Below are positions 8,289 to 20,000 of a stretch of DNA of 20,000 bases, one piece after another. The stretch's first letter is position 1; every line of letters starts with the position of its first letter. The stretch is from Patellaria atrata CBS 101060 (taxonomy: Eukaryota): the NCBI GenBank assembly GCA_010093705.1, contig MU006115.1, forward strand, positions 270,560-290,559, in the 5' to 3' direction. The translations under genes were made by a program, and so were the position numbers. Under the pieces are notes generated by a model. That model ran no database searches. It was not told the DNA's origin and worked only from the letters and a program-made list of their open reading frames with translations.

Positions 8289-9188
8289 CTATAATAGGCT
8301 AAAAGATAATATTTTATTTACTTTATATAATTTAAATCTAAAACTCCTAGGGCTAGCTATAAGAGGTTAAAGAAATTCTCTAATCCACTTATCTTAACTA
8401 ATAATAAAGATCCTATTTATAGAGTTTAAAAGAGTTAGATAAAAGATAAATTCGAGATTAATATTAACTAATATAAAATAGAATAGGCTAGAGTAGCTTA
8501 TATAAAGATATAGATTAAAGATTACGCGTCTCTTTATTTATACCCTCTTATAGAAGTTAAAGCCGAAGATAATAAATTACTTATAATAAAAGAGTTATAT
8601 AAATTCTTAGATTAGATCTTAAAAGACCCTTATAAACGTTTAATAGCTAAGAATAATCTAAGAAAGTTAAAATAGGGCTACTTAATAAGCTTTATTAACT
8701 TTTAAGCTAAATTTATACGTTTAACTATTAAAGTTAAGATTCTACGAGACTAATAGAAGAAAAAGATTTATAATAAATTATATAACTCTTTATATTAATT
8801 AATATCTCTCTAAAGTATTAACGATAATATTACCTTTAAAGTCTACTATAAATAGGCTATATTATAAGCTCGAGGTCTCGAGAAGTTAAGCGAGAAGAGT
8901 AAAGAATAGAATAAGAATAAAAATAAGAAATCTCTTAATATAATATTAAGTTCTACCTTAATTATAACGAAAATAACGATATTTTAAACCGCTTTAACTA
9001 TACCTCTAGTAATAAATATATTTATCTTTAAGATAATAATATTCTTAGGCTCGTGCTATAACTATAGTAAACTAGGTTATCGAGCTATAAACTATAAGTA
9101 ACTAAAAATTAATAAGATAGCTAAAGTTAAAATAATAGTTAAAAAGAAGTTTAATTAGAGTTTAGATTTAGAAAATAAATAACTCTAA
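8289..9188 (+). pseudogene. gag: Element B gag, 3' part (5' part lies upstream of 906), RIP-destroyed; boundaries approximate
   Basis: Knuckle remnant TGC TAT AAC TAT AGT AAA CTA GGT TAT CGA GCT ATA AAC TAT (9054-9095) reads CYNCxKPGHRAxNC after reversing RIP changes. Confidence 0.75.
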
Positions 9189-12100
9189 ATAAAGACTCTA
9201 CTTTAAAGTTAATAGTTAAAATATTATAAACTTTAATTAACGAGTCGATTATAGAAAAGCTATTCGTTATACTCTATAAAATTTTAAGGAACGATATCGC
9301 TATATAACTTAAAGCGTTAATTAATATTAGAGCTTAAAGCTATACGTTACTATATAAAAAATAGTTACTAGTGCTAAAGCGACGGTTAGGAATCACTATT
9401 ATAAAGATAAAGTAAGAGATTATTATTAAGTCTTTTAATAGTATAAAAGCGATACTAATTATCTAATTATTCGAAGTAAATATTATACTAAACGGCTATA
9501 AATAGATAGTACTTATCTTAGTAATAAATACGGGCTATTATAATATACTTATTAGTATAAAATAGTTTATAAAGATAAGTAGATTACTTAATTATTAAAA
9601 CCGGTATATCTTCTAGCCCCCTTAAGTAATAGTAAAAGAAGATTAATAAAGAGATATTATTATTCTAAAATCTAAATTATAGATATTATCTAACTTAGAA
9701 CATTAAATAGACCTAAAATAACGAGATTAGAAGTTTAATAAAAGAGAATAATATTAACTACACTATTAATAAAGGTAGAAGAAGAAGCTAAAGCTATTTA
9801 AATAAAAAATATCTATCTCTTAATTTAAAGAGATAAAGTTAAGTATCTAGAAGATAAATATAGAGCTATAAAATAAATTAAAGGTTAAAGTAAAGCTTAA
9901 AAGCGATTTAAAGTTTAGATTACTTTAATAAGTCGATATATTAGATATAAAGCTTAATATCTATCTAGTTAATACTAATAATTATCTATAGAACGTAAAG
10001 TGGTAAAATATAGTTATTAAAGCTATAAGTCTATATAAAATTAACTCTCTAATATAAGATAAGTTAGATAAAGATCTATTTTTAAATAATAAGAAGGATC
10101 TTAAAGAGCTAGTACTTTAGAAACTACCGTCTAAATATTACTATCTAACCTACGTATTTTCTAAACGCGTATCGGATATATTAGTATCCTATAAAGACGA
10201 GATTAACTATAATATCGTGCTTAATAATAATAATAATCTAACGTTAAGTTCTTTTTATAATATACTTATTAAGTACTTATAACTAGTAAAGGACTATCTA
10301 GAAGAATACCTTTAAAAGGACTTTATTATATTAAGTGACGTACTATATACTTTATCGATACTATTCGCGAAGAAACTTAAAGGAGGGTAGAGATTCTATA
10401 TTAATTACTATAAGCTAAATTTTATTATAAAGAAAGATAAGTACCTATTACCCTTAATTAAAGAAATATTAACTAGATTAAGAACGGCTAAAATCTTTAT
10501 AAAATTAAATATTAGATAAGCCTTCTATCGGATACGGATAAAAGAGTCGGTAGAAGATTTTACTATATTTCGAACACGGTATAGTTCTTTTAAATATAAG
10601 GTATTACCCTTTAGCTTATATAATAGGCTAGTATTATTCTAATAGTTTATTAATAAGGTCTTTTAGAAATATCTAAATAACTTTTATATAATCTATATTA
10701 ATAATATTCTAATTTACTCTATCTACTCACTAGAATATCGAGCTCACGTTATAAAAGTACTAGAAACGTTAAATAAGGTCGGGTTATAAATTAATATTAA
10801 GAAAAGCGAGTTCTATATTATTAAGATAAAGTTCTTAGGCTTTATAGTTAATATAGATAAAATCGCGATAGACCCTAATAAGATAGAAATAATATAGAAT
10901 TAAGCTTTACCGATAAATATTAAAGATATATAATTATTTAATAGCTTTTATAACTTCTATCGGAAATTTCTAGAGAAGTTTAAAAGGATAATTAAACTAT
11001 TAATACTATAAATCTATAAGGGCCTTTAAAGGCTACTCGGAGATCTAGAATATAAGGCTTTTAAAAAAATAAAAGTGTTAATCTTATTTAATTAAGTCTT
11101 AGCCTACTATAACCTTTAGTCGGAAACGCGGGCTAAAATAGATTATAGTAATAAAGTAGCTACCGGCGTTCTATTATAAAAGTATAAAGATATATAAAGA
11201 TTAGTAGCCTTCTAGTTTAAGTCCCTAAGCGAGATAGAGATAAGATACTTAATTCACGATAAAGAGATACTTATTATCGTCTAGGCCCTTAAGAAATAGA
11301 GAAGTATATTAGTTAGATTATAATAGATACTTTTTATAATAATTATAGATTATAAAGTATTAGAATACTTCTCTATAAAATATCTATTAAACGCTCGCTA
11401 AGCCTAATAAAGTGAAAAGTTAGTTAACTATAACTTTAAAATAATTTACCGGCCTAAAGTATAGAATATAATAATAAATACTCTCTCTTAGAAGTAAAAA
11501 GACTTAAAAATAGTTAAAGAGAAAGATATTATAGTAAGAACTTAAATAATAATAATATTAGAGATAATTATATCGCTAGTAAAGCTATTAAAAATATTAT
11601 AAAAAAGTTTATAAAAAGTATTAACTAAATTAACTAAGGTAACCTTAATTAAAACTCTTTAGAAGAATAACGTCTTTAAATTATTAATACCTACTATTAG
11701 AGAAGAAAAGGATAATAGATTTAGAGCGGAGAGGAGAGGTCTAGATATACTCCTTTAGAATAAAGAGTATATCTAAGAAATTTTATAGTAGCTTTAAAGT
11801 AATAAAACTTAGAATTAAGTGTAAATTAAAAAAGTCTTTAAATCACCTAAATAAGTTAATAAAACGGCCGGGGCTAAAGAATTAGTAAAAGAGCTTAGAA
11901 TCTATAATAAAATAACTAGGCTAATAGAACCTAGATAGATAAAAGAGAATAAAATAACGTTAATTAAGCTAATCGATTAGATAATAGTTATAAATAGAAT
12001 CTATAAGTTATTAAAGACCTTTTAAAAGTAAGTTAAAGTATCCGAGAATAGATAAAAACTACGAAATAGCCTATTAATTCGCTATAATAGATTAATAATA

Positions 12101-13500
12101 TTAGATATAAATAACTACTAGACCTACCTAATTAAAGAAGCTTACGATATCTATATTATAGATTATCTAGGTATAAAAAAGATGAAAGAACTATTATAAT
12201 ACTAATACTACTAACTAGGACTATTTAATAATATAGATAGATATATCCGAAATTACTATATATACTAAAGAACGTATATACCTCGAGATAAGACCTTAAG
12301 ATTACTAAAACTATTATCTATTAAAGATAAATATTAGTAATACGTTTTATTCAATTTTAAGTTATTTCTAAAAGATAAGTATAGCTTTAAAATCGCTTTT
12401 ATAGTTATAGATAGGCTTAGAAAGAGAGTTATCTCTATATTATATATAAAGAAGGTCACTATAGCTTTAGTAGTAAAACTATACTTTAAATACGTTTTCC
12501 GAATCTATAGTATACTAGAGATAATAATATTAGATAAAAGCTCTTAGTTTATCTCGGTCTTTATAGACGAGCTCTATAAATTAATAGGCGTTAAGTAAAA
12601 GCTATTAATAGTATACTATTTATAGATAAATAGGGATATAGAGATTATTAATTAATATATTAATCTACGACTAAGGTTAATAGTAAACTATTACTAAGAT
12701 AATTAGTTAGAATTATTATCGATTATAGATTTTATATAAGTCACGCTTCTATACGAATTTATAGGAATATCGCTATTTAAATTAGAATTTAGATACTAGC
12801 CGCGGATATACTTTAATTAATATAAACGTATAGATCTAAATATCTATAAGACCGTTAAAGAATATATAAACCGAGAAGAAGCCTAATAATTCATAAAATA
12901 TACCTATAATACTATTAAATAGGCTAGAGAAAATCTTTTTTATATTTAGACTACTTAGGCTAAAGTAGCTAATAAGTACCGAAGAGAGCTAGACTTTAGA
13001 TTAGGCGACTACGTCTTCGTAATAAGAAAAGGTTAGATAATAAATAGACTAAGTATAAAGCTAAATTACTAGAACGCCGGGCTATATAAGATTATTAGTA
13101 TAAAAGGCTACTCTTATATTATAAACTTACCTTCTAATATAAAAATAGATAAAGTGTTCTATATAAATCGGCTATAGAAAGCTTTTATAGACCCCTTATC
13201 GAGATAGTAGTTAGAATTATCACCACTAATAAAGATAGATAAAAAGCTAGAGTATAAAGTTAAAAAGATACTAGTAAACCGAATCTCTTATAGAAAGCTT
13301 AAGTATAAAGTTAGCTAGATCGGCTATAATCTAGATAATATCTAATATCTAGTATATAACTTTATTAAATATCTATATAAAATACGGAGCTTCTATAAAT
13401 AACGACTAGACGAAGCCGGGCCGTTAAAATAATTAGATAAATAGCTCCGAGCGTATTAAGCGGATAACTTTAAACTAGAGCTATACGCTAATAATAATAT
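9170..13500 (+). pseudogene. pol: Element B pol, RIP-destroyed (PR-RT-RH-IN-chromodomain); boundaries approximate
   Basis: KALINIRA (=KALIDTGA) ~9311. RFYINYYKLN (=RFCIDYRKLN) ~10391. YINNILIY (=YIDD) 10694. YLIHDKEIL ~11246. NAGLYKI (GPY motif) ~13072. EYKVKKIL...YKVS*IGY chromodomain ~13250-13400. Confidence 0.85.
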
Positions 13501-13622
13501 TACCGAAAAGAACGGGTTTATATAAGCTTAAAGGTGTCGAAAACGTCTAAAATAAAATAGCTTTATAAAAGATAATATTATATTAAAATCGAGGCTAATT
13601 TCTATTTTAGGGAGGGGAGTAA

Positions 13623-13846
13623 TATAATAATTATTATCTATCGATCTTTCTACTTTCCTATATTTGGCGGGTTTACTTATATTTAGCTTAATTATATTAT
13701 TAGGAAATTTCGTTAACTAATAAGGCTATTTAAGTTTATAATTATTATTTATAACTCTCTTTTTTCTTTAACTTAATCTCTTTACTTAATAGTAGTTATA
13801 TATAGCTAATATTAATAGATTAGCTTTTAGCACTATAGATATTATA
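13623..13846 (+). repeat. Element B 3' LTR (~224 bp)
   Basis: Follows the PPT. Termini TATAATA...TATTATA are inverted repeats consistent with RIP-converted TG...CA ends. Confidence 0.88.
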
Positions 13847-15595
13847 CTAATAAAGTATATAGTATATTATTTAATATAATAAAGCTTTTTTAAAAATATT
13901 CTTCTAAATAATCCTTTACTAATTATAAATACTCGATAAATATATTATAAAGAGGATTTAACGCTAAATTATTATTATTATTAAGTATAATATTATAGTT
14001 AATCTTATCTTTATAGGATACTAATATATTCGATACGCGTTTAAAGAATATATAAACTAGATAGTAATATTTAGATAATAGTTTCTAAAATATTAACTCT
14101 TTAAAATTCTTTTTATTATTTAAAAATAAATCTTTATTTAGCTTATTTTATATTAGAAAGTTAATTTTATATAAATTTATAGCTTTAATAATTATATCTT
14201 ATTATTTTATATTTTATAGATAATTATTAATATTAATTAGATAAATATTAAACTCTATATTTAATATATTAATTTATTAAAATAGTTTAGACTTTAAACT
14301 ATTTTTAAACTTTATTTTAATTTTTAATTTATCTTATAACTCTATATTTATCTTCTAAATACCTAACTTTATCTCTTTAAATTAAAAAATAGATATTTTT
14401 TATTTAAATAATTTTAACTTCTTTTTTTACTTTTATTAATAGTGTAATCGATATTATTCTCTTTTATTAAACTTTTAATCTCGTTATTTTAGGTCTATTT
14501 AATATTCTAGATTAAATAATATTTATAGCTTAAATTTTAGAATAATAATATCTCTTTATTAATTTTCTTTTATTACTACTTAAAGAGACTAGAAAATATA
14601 CCGATTCTAATAATTAAATAATTTATTTATCTTTACGAATTATTTTATACTAATAAGTATATTATAATAGCCCGTATCTATTATTAAAATAGATATTATC
14701 TATTTACGGCCGTTTAATATAATATTTACTTTAAATAATTAGATAATTAATATTATTTTTATATTATTAAAAGATTTAATAATAATCTTTTATTTTATCT
14801 TTATAATAATAATTTCTAACTATCGCTTTAGTATCGATAATTATTTCTTATATAATAGCGTATAACTTTAAACTTTAATATTAATTAACACTCTAAGTTA
14901 TATAATAATACTATTTTTTAAAATTTTATAAAATATAATAAATAGTTTTTCTATAATTAATTTATTAATTAAAGTTTATAATACTTTAATTATTAACTCT
15001 AAAATAGAATCTTTATTTAAAATTATTTATTTTCTAAATTTAAACTCTAATTAAACTCTTTTTTAATTATTACTTTAACTTTAATTATTTTATTAATCTT
15101 TAGTTATTTATAATCTATAGCTTAATAACTTAATTTATTATAATTATAATATAAGCTTAAAAATATTATTATTTTAAAGATAGATATATTTATTATTAAA
15201 GATATAATTAAAACGATTTAAAATATTATTATCTTTATTATAATTAAGATAAAATTTAATATTATACTAAAAAATTTCTTATTTTTATTTTTATTTCGTT
15301 CTTTACTTTTCTCGTTTAACTTTTTAAGACTTTAAGCTTATAATATAATCTATTTATAATAAACTTTAAAGATAATATTATCGTTAATATTTTAGAGAGA
15401 TATTAATTAATATAAAAAGTTATATAGTTTATTATAGATCTTTTTCTTCTATTAATCTTATAAAATCTTAATTTTAATAATTAAATATATAAATTTAGCT
15501 TAAAAGTTAATAAAATTTATTAAATAGCTTTATTTTAACTTTTTTAAATTATTCTTAACTATTAAGCGTTTATAAAAGTCTTTTAAGATTTAACT
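13847..15595 (-). mobile_element. Element C: inverted, even more AT-rich fragment of a family-B copy (3' gag, protease, start of RT)
   Basis: The reverse complement matches ~8610-10358 at both ends and is the same length (e.g. ACGCGTATCGAATATATTAGTATCCTATAAAGA vs 10164-10196). It is bounded exactly by the LTRs of B and D. Confidence 0.9.
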
Positions 15596-15867
15596 TATAA
15601 TAATATATTATAATATTAATTCTATATTTTCTATACTAAATATTTAGTTTATTTATAAGAGATTTTTACTAGATTAAATATAAAAAAGATCTCTAAACGC
15701 TAATTAGTTAAATAGAAGATAATTAGGTTAAAACTTAATAAGATAAGACTATTATATATAGATATTCGATCTATAATATTATTATTTCTTAACTTAATCT
15801 CTATATTTAATAATTAATAATAAAGATAGTTAAAATATAATTACTATAACTATATTATATTATTATA
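15596..15867 (+). repeat. Element D 5' LTR (~272 bp, inferred)
   Basis: Begins TATAATA where homology to the inverted C copy stops. Ends TATTATA immediately before a B-like leader. The partner LTR is outside the window. Confidence 0.7.
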
Positions 15868-18800
15868 CTAGATTAAGTTTATCTTTAATAGCCTTTAAAA
15901 AGGCGATATAATATTTTAACTAAAGTATAATATTAGTCTAGCTAATAAATAATTATTAAATCGATTAAGAATCTATAAATAGCTAAGCTCTACTAATAAT
16001 AAGATATCTAATACTTAAGAGTATTAACGCCGACGATAATAATAATCTAGTATTTAAAAAAGATTAAGACTAATAAATATAAATTACTTAGAAAAGTAAA
16101 TATTATAGTAAATTAAATAAGATAGTTAAACCTTTAATAATTTTAGCGAAGTAGATAAGTAATAAGTTAACTATAAATTTAGGAGTAAAGAGTAGTATTA
16201 AATTAAAAGAAAAAGAAAAAATACACTAATATAAATTAATATTAGAAATAGTTAACTAGTAAATTATTAATAATATTCTAGAAGTGGATCTATAGAATCT
16301 ATTAAAAGAAATCCTCGGAATAATAAAAGAAAGAAAGTCTCTTAAATATACCGTTATTATAGATAATTAAAACGTCGATATAATCGATAAAACGAAGAAA
16401 TAAGTAGTTAAAAATCTAGACTAGTTCGTAATAAAGTATCTTTATATAAAAGTGAAGTTTATAGCTCGAGAGATATAATTTAGAAAGATAATAAACCTTA
16501 TTAATAAAATAGTACCCGATTTATAGCTAAAGCTATAAGTATATTAAGTGAATAAAGAAGCTATAGAACGCCTTTAAAATAAGATTAATAATTTAAAGAA
16601 ATAGATTAAATAGTCTAAACTAGACTAAAAAAGTGTTTAGTTTAATAATAAATCTAATAATAAAGAATTATTAGTATCACGTAATTATAATAATTAAGCT
16701 AGAATAGTCGACTTAACCGAAAGCTTTAAAAGTAGAGGCGATAATAAGATAAAAAAGTTCCCCGATCTATTAGAATTAATCGATAGTAAGAAGCTAACCT
16801 ATAAGAAATAGAAAAGTAAAATAAATAATAAGCTTTATATTAATAATAACTAATTCTAAGATAAAAGGGCGAAGACTACCTATATTAAGATATAAATTAA
16901 TAGCGAGATAGCTAAATATATATACTCTTTTTTAGAATTAGAGGAGAATAATATAATCTTAATAAAGTTAATAAGATTTCTAGACTAAATTTATAAAGAC
17001 TTAAATAGGCGACTAAAAGCTAAAGATAAATTAAAGAAGTTAAAGTAAAACTATTTAATAGACTTTCTAAAGTTCTAGTCTATATTTATCTAGCTAGCTA
17101 ATAAAGCTAGGTTATTATATAACTAATAGAAAAAGAAACTCTATAATAGACTTTACGATAGTCTAAAACTAATAATAACGGAAGCTATAAATAATAACGA
17201 AATTAGCTTCTAGAAGTATTATAATAAAGTTATAATATAGATATAAGAGCTAGAAAGATTAGATAAAGCTAATAAAACTTATAAAGAGAGTTAGAAATAT
17301 AGTAAACTAACTAAAATAACTTTCACCTTAATAATAATAAATAGAATTTTATACTAATTAGAGAGTAAAGGAACTATCTTATCTATAATATTATAAATAA
17401 TAGAGTAGATTATAACTATTTAAAAGTTTATAAGTAACTACTTTAACTATAATAAGGCTAGATATAGAGCGTTAAAATACCGGGAACTAAAGAAGATAAC
17501 TAAAGTAAAGTTAGTCTAGAAAGATAAGTATTAAAGTTTAAAGTTTAATTTAAAGTTAAATTCGGAAAATAAGAAACCCTAAGTAGAGACTCTATATTAG
17601 GGCTAATAATAGAAGTATTAGTAATACTAATTAACGATCTAATATTAGAAAAGCTATTCACGATACTATATTAAATCTCGAAGAACGAAATTATAATATA
17701 GCTTAAGGCCCTAATCGATATTAAAGTTTAAGGGTATACCCTATTAAATAAAAGATAGCTACCCGCTCTAAAATAACGCCTCGGAATCGAAGTTAAAAAG
17801 ATAGATTAAGAGATCGAAGTTAATATCTTTAATAATTTAAAGATAGTATTAATTAACTAAATACTCGAGGCGAGCCTCGTAAATAGAGGACGAAGGTGGC
17901 TAATATCGATTATAATAATAAATATAGATTATAATAATATACTTATAGATAAGGAGTAGTTTTTTAAGACTAATAATTTATCTAATTATAAATATTATCG
18001 GATTATTTAGCCGGAATAAGCTATTATAGTTAAAGACTAGTAATAAAATATCGTGATTCTAAAGAGCGAGCTATAAACCTAAACTAATTTATAGCATTAA
18101 TTCGATATAAAACGATAAGATAAAGCTATCGATAAATAAGAATATAACCGATAGAAAGTATTAATTAATTAAAGAAGGAAACTATAATTATTTTAATAGA
18201 AGTAACTAAGTTTATAAATTAAAAATATTAGCTTTAATCTTTAAAAGATAAAATTAGAACTATCGGATCTAATAAAGAGAGAGACGCCGGAACTCTCTAA
18301 AAAGTTAAAGTCGAAGTCGAGTAAATAGGTTAATATTACCGGGATCTATATAAATATCTACTTAGTTAGCGGAGAAAACTATCTAAGAAATATAAAGCGT
18401 AAAGACGTTATTATAAATATTATAAATCTATATAAGATTAACTCCTTAATATAAGATTAACTCTTAGAAGATAAAAACTCTTTAGATAAAGATAAAAACG
18501 TTTATAAAGTGATAATCTATAAAAAGTTACCTAAGAAATATTACTACTTAATTTATATATTCTCGAAATCTATATCTAATAAGCTATTACCGCTTAAAGA
18601 AAATATAAACTACGATATAATATTAGACTAAGATAGTAATCTTACTACTAACCCCTTATATAATATATCTATTAAATACTTATAGTTAATAAAAGACTAT
18701 CTAAAGAAGTATCTTTAAAAGGGGTTTATTATTCCGAGCGAGGCATTATACGCGTCTCTAGTATTATTCGCTAAGAAGCTAAAAGGAGGTTAAAGATTCT

Positions 18801-19884
18801 ATATTAATTATAAAAAGCTAAATAGTATTATTAAGAAGAATAAATATCCGTTACCTCTAATTAAAGAAACACTAACGCGTCTTTAACGAGTAAAGATATT
18901 TACGAAACTCGACGTAAGATAAGTATTCTATTAAATCTAGATAAAAAAGTTAACCGAAAATCTTATTACCTTTTAAACGAGATATAAATTATTTAAGTAT
19001 AAAGTACTATCTTTTAAATTATATAATAGCCTAATCTTATTCTAATAATTTATTAATAAGGCGTTCTTCTAATATCTAGATAATTTCTATATAATATATA
19101 TTAACGATATACTAATTTACTTTAAGTGTTTACTAGAGCACTAAATCTACGTCGCGAAAGTGCTAGAAATACTAGCTAAGGCCGGCCTATAAACTAATAT
19201 TAAGAAAAGCGAGTTTTATATAATAAAGATAAAATTCTTTAGCTTTATTATTAGTATTAACGAAATAGCGATAGATCTAGAAAAGACTAAAATAGTCTAA
19301 AACTAGAAGTTACTAATAAATATAAAAGGGATTTTATCGTTTAATAAATTCTATAATTTTTACCGGAAATTTCTAGAGAAATTCGGACGAGTTATACGAC
19401 TATTAACGATATAGATATAAAAAGGGGTTTAGAAACTATTTAAATAAAAAGAAGAAAAGATATTTAAGAAAATAAAAAAGCTAATTCTATTAGATTAAAT
19501 ATTAATATACTATAATTCTCTACTTAAAACGAAAATTAAGTTTAATTATAATAACGGGGTTATTATAATAGTTATATTATAGCTTTACGGATATATTTAG
19601 AGACTAGTTACCTTCTAAACTAAGATATTATTAGAGATAAAACTAAGATACGAAATTTATAATAAGAAAATACTAACTATAGTAAGAGTATTAGTCGAGT
19701 GGAGAAGTATACTAGTAAGGCTATAATAAGTTCCCTTTATCGTAATTACTAATTATAAAGCACTAGAATACTTCATTATAAAATAGTTACTTAATACTAA
19801 ATAAGCCCGATAGAGTAAAGCTCTCTCTAATTTCCACTTCTAAATTATATATTAGCTTAAAGCCTAAAATATCGTGATAAATAC
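15596..19884 (+). mobile_element. Element D: heavily RIP-mutated Ty3/Gypsy element related to B (5' LTR, gag, PR, RT, RNase H), interrupted at 19885
   Basis: Leader AGCCTTTAAAAAGGCGATATAATATT shared with B (~206 vs ~15890). Knuckle remnant at 17439-17480. KALIDIKV protease ~17705. YINDILIY (=YIDD) at 19097. RNase H YEIYNKKIL ~19648. Confidence 0.87.
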
Positions 19885-20000
19885 TGTGACAATGTAGTAT
19901 AGCTATAGTAATCGTATTTTGACTATCTCTATTACTAACTACTAAGTGTGGAGATTAAGTTAAGGAACAATAATATCGTGGGCCGAATGTCCGCATATAA
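19885..20000. mobile_element. Element E: start of another, less mutated LTR inserted at the end of element D RNase H
   Basis: Colinearity of D with B (…ATAAATAC|TCTCTC at ~11480) breaks abruptly at TGTGACA. TG/CA dinucleotides are retained. Candidate TSD AATAC (19880-19884). Confidence 0.7.

Larger units (their letters stand above)
1..13846 (+). mobile_element. Element B: heavily RIP-degraded Ty3/Gypsy chromovirus (~6.5 kb without element A), interrupted in gag by element A
   Basis: 1-182 matches 13665-13846 (LTR). PPT AGGGAGGGGAG at 13609-13619. RIP-altered knuckle, protease, RT, RNase H, integrase and chromodomain motifs occur in order. Confidence 0.9.

Noticed and set aside
8289..19884. 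Organellar DNA or an alternative genetic code as the cause of AT richness and stops
   Set aside because: Depletion of CpA/TpG, excess TpA, retained CpG and transition-only decay of Gypsy motifs indicate RIP.
1..20000. CRISPR arrays, tRNA/rRNA genes, host protein-coding genes
   Set aside because: No repeat-spacer periodicity or RNA-gene signatures were seen; essentially all unmasked sequence is assigned to retrotransposons.

Overview
This window is fungal (Pezizomycotina-type) repeat DNA shaped by repeat-induced point mutation (RIP). It consists entirely of nested Ty3/Gypsy LTR retrotransposons; no host genes were found. Element A (907-8283) is a young, lightly RIP-mutated, full-length chromovirus with an AATAA target-site duplication. 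It is inserted into the gag of heavily mutated chromovirus B (<1-13846). B sits in an inverted copy of its own family (C, 13847-15595). C is also interrupted by related element D (15596->19884), which is itself interrupted by a new LTR (E, 19885->20000). The most notable finding is an extra antisense gene in A (7615->6980, 211 codons, one RIP-type stop). It has its own TATA box and CT-rich leader and encodes a Gal4-like Zn(II)2Cys6 cluster, a coiled coil and an acidic tail. The LTR U3 carries an inverted CGG-N7-CCG palindrome, so the element may encode its own transcriptional regulator. Element A Gag is about 680 aa and ends in seven tandem [C/H]-x7-C-x4-6-C-x2-H putative zinc fingers, followed by an A_AAA_AAC -1 frameshift site and a possible pseudoknot.
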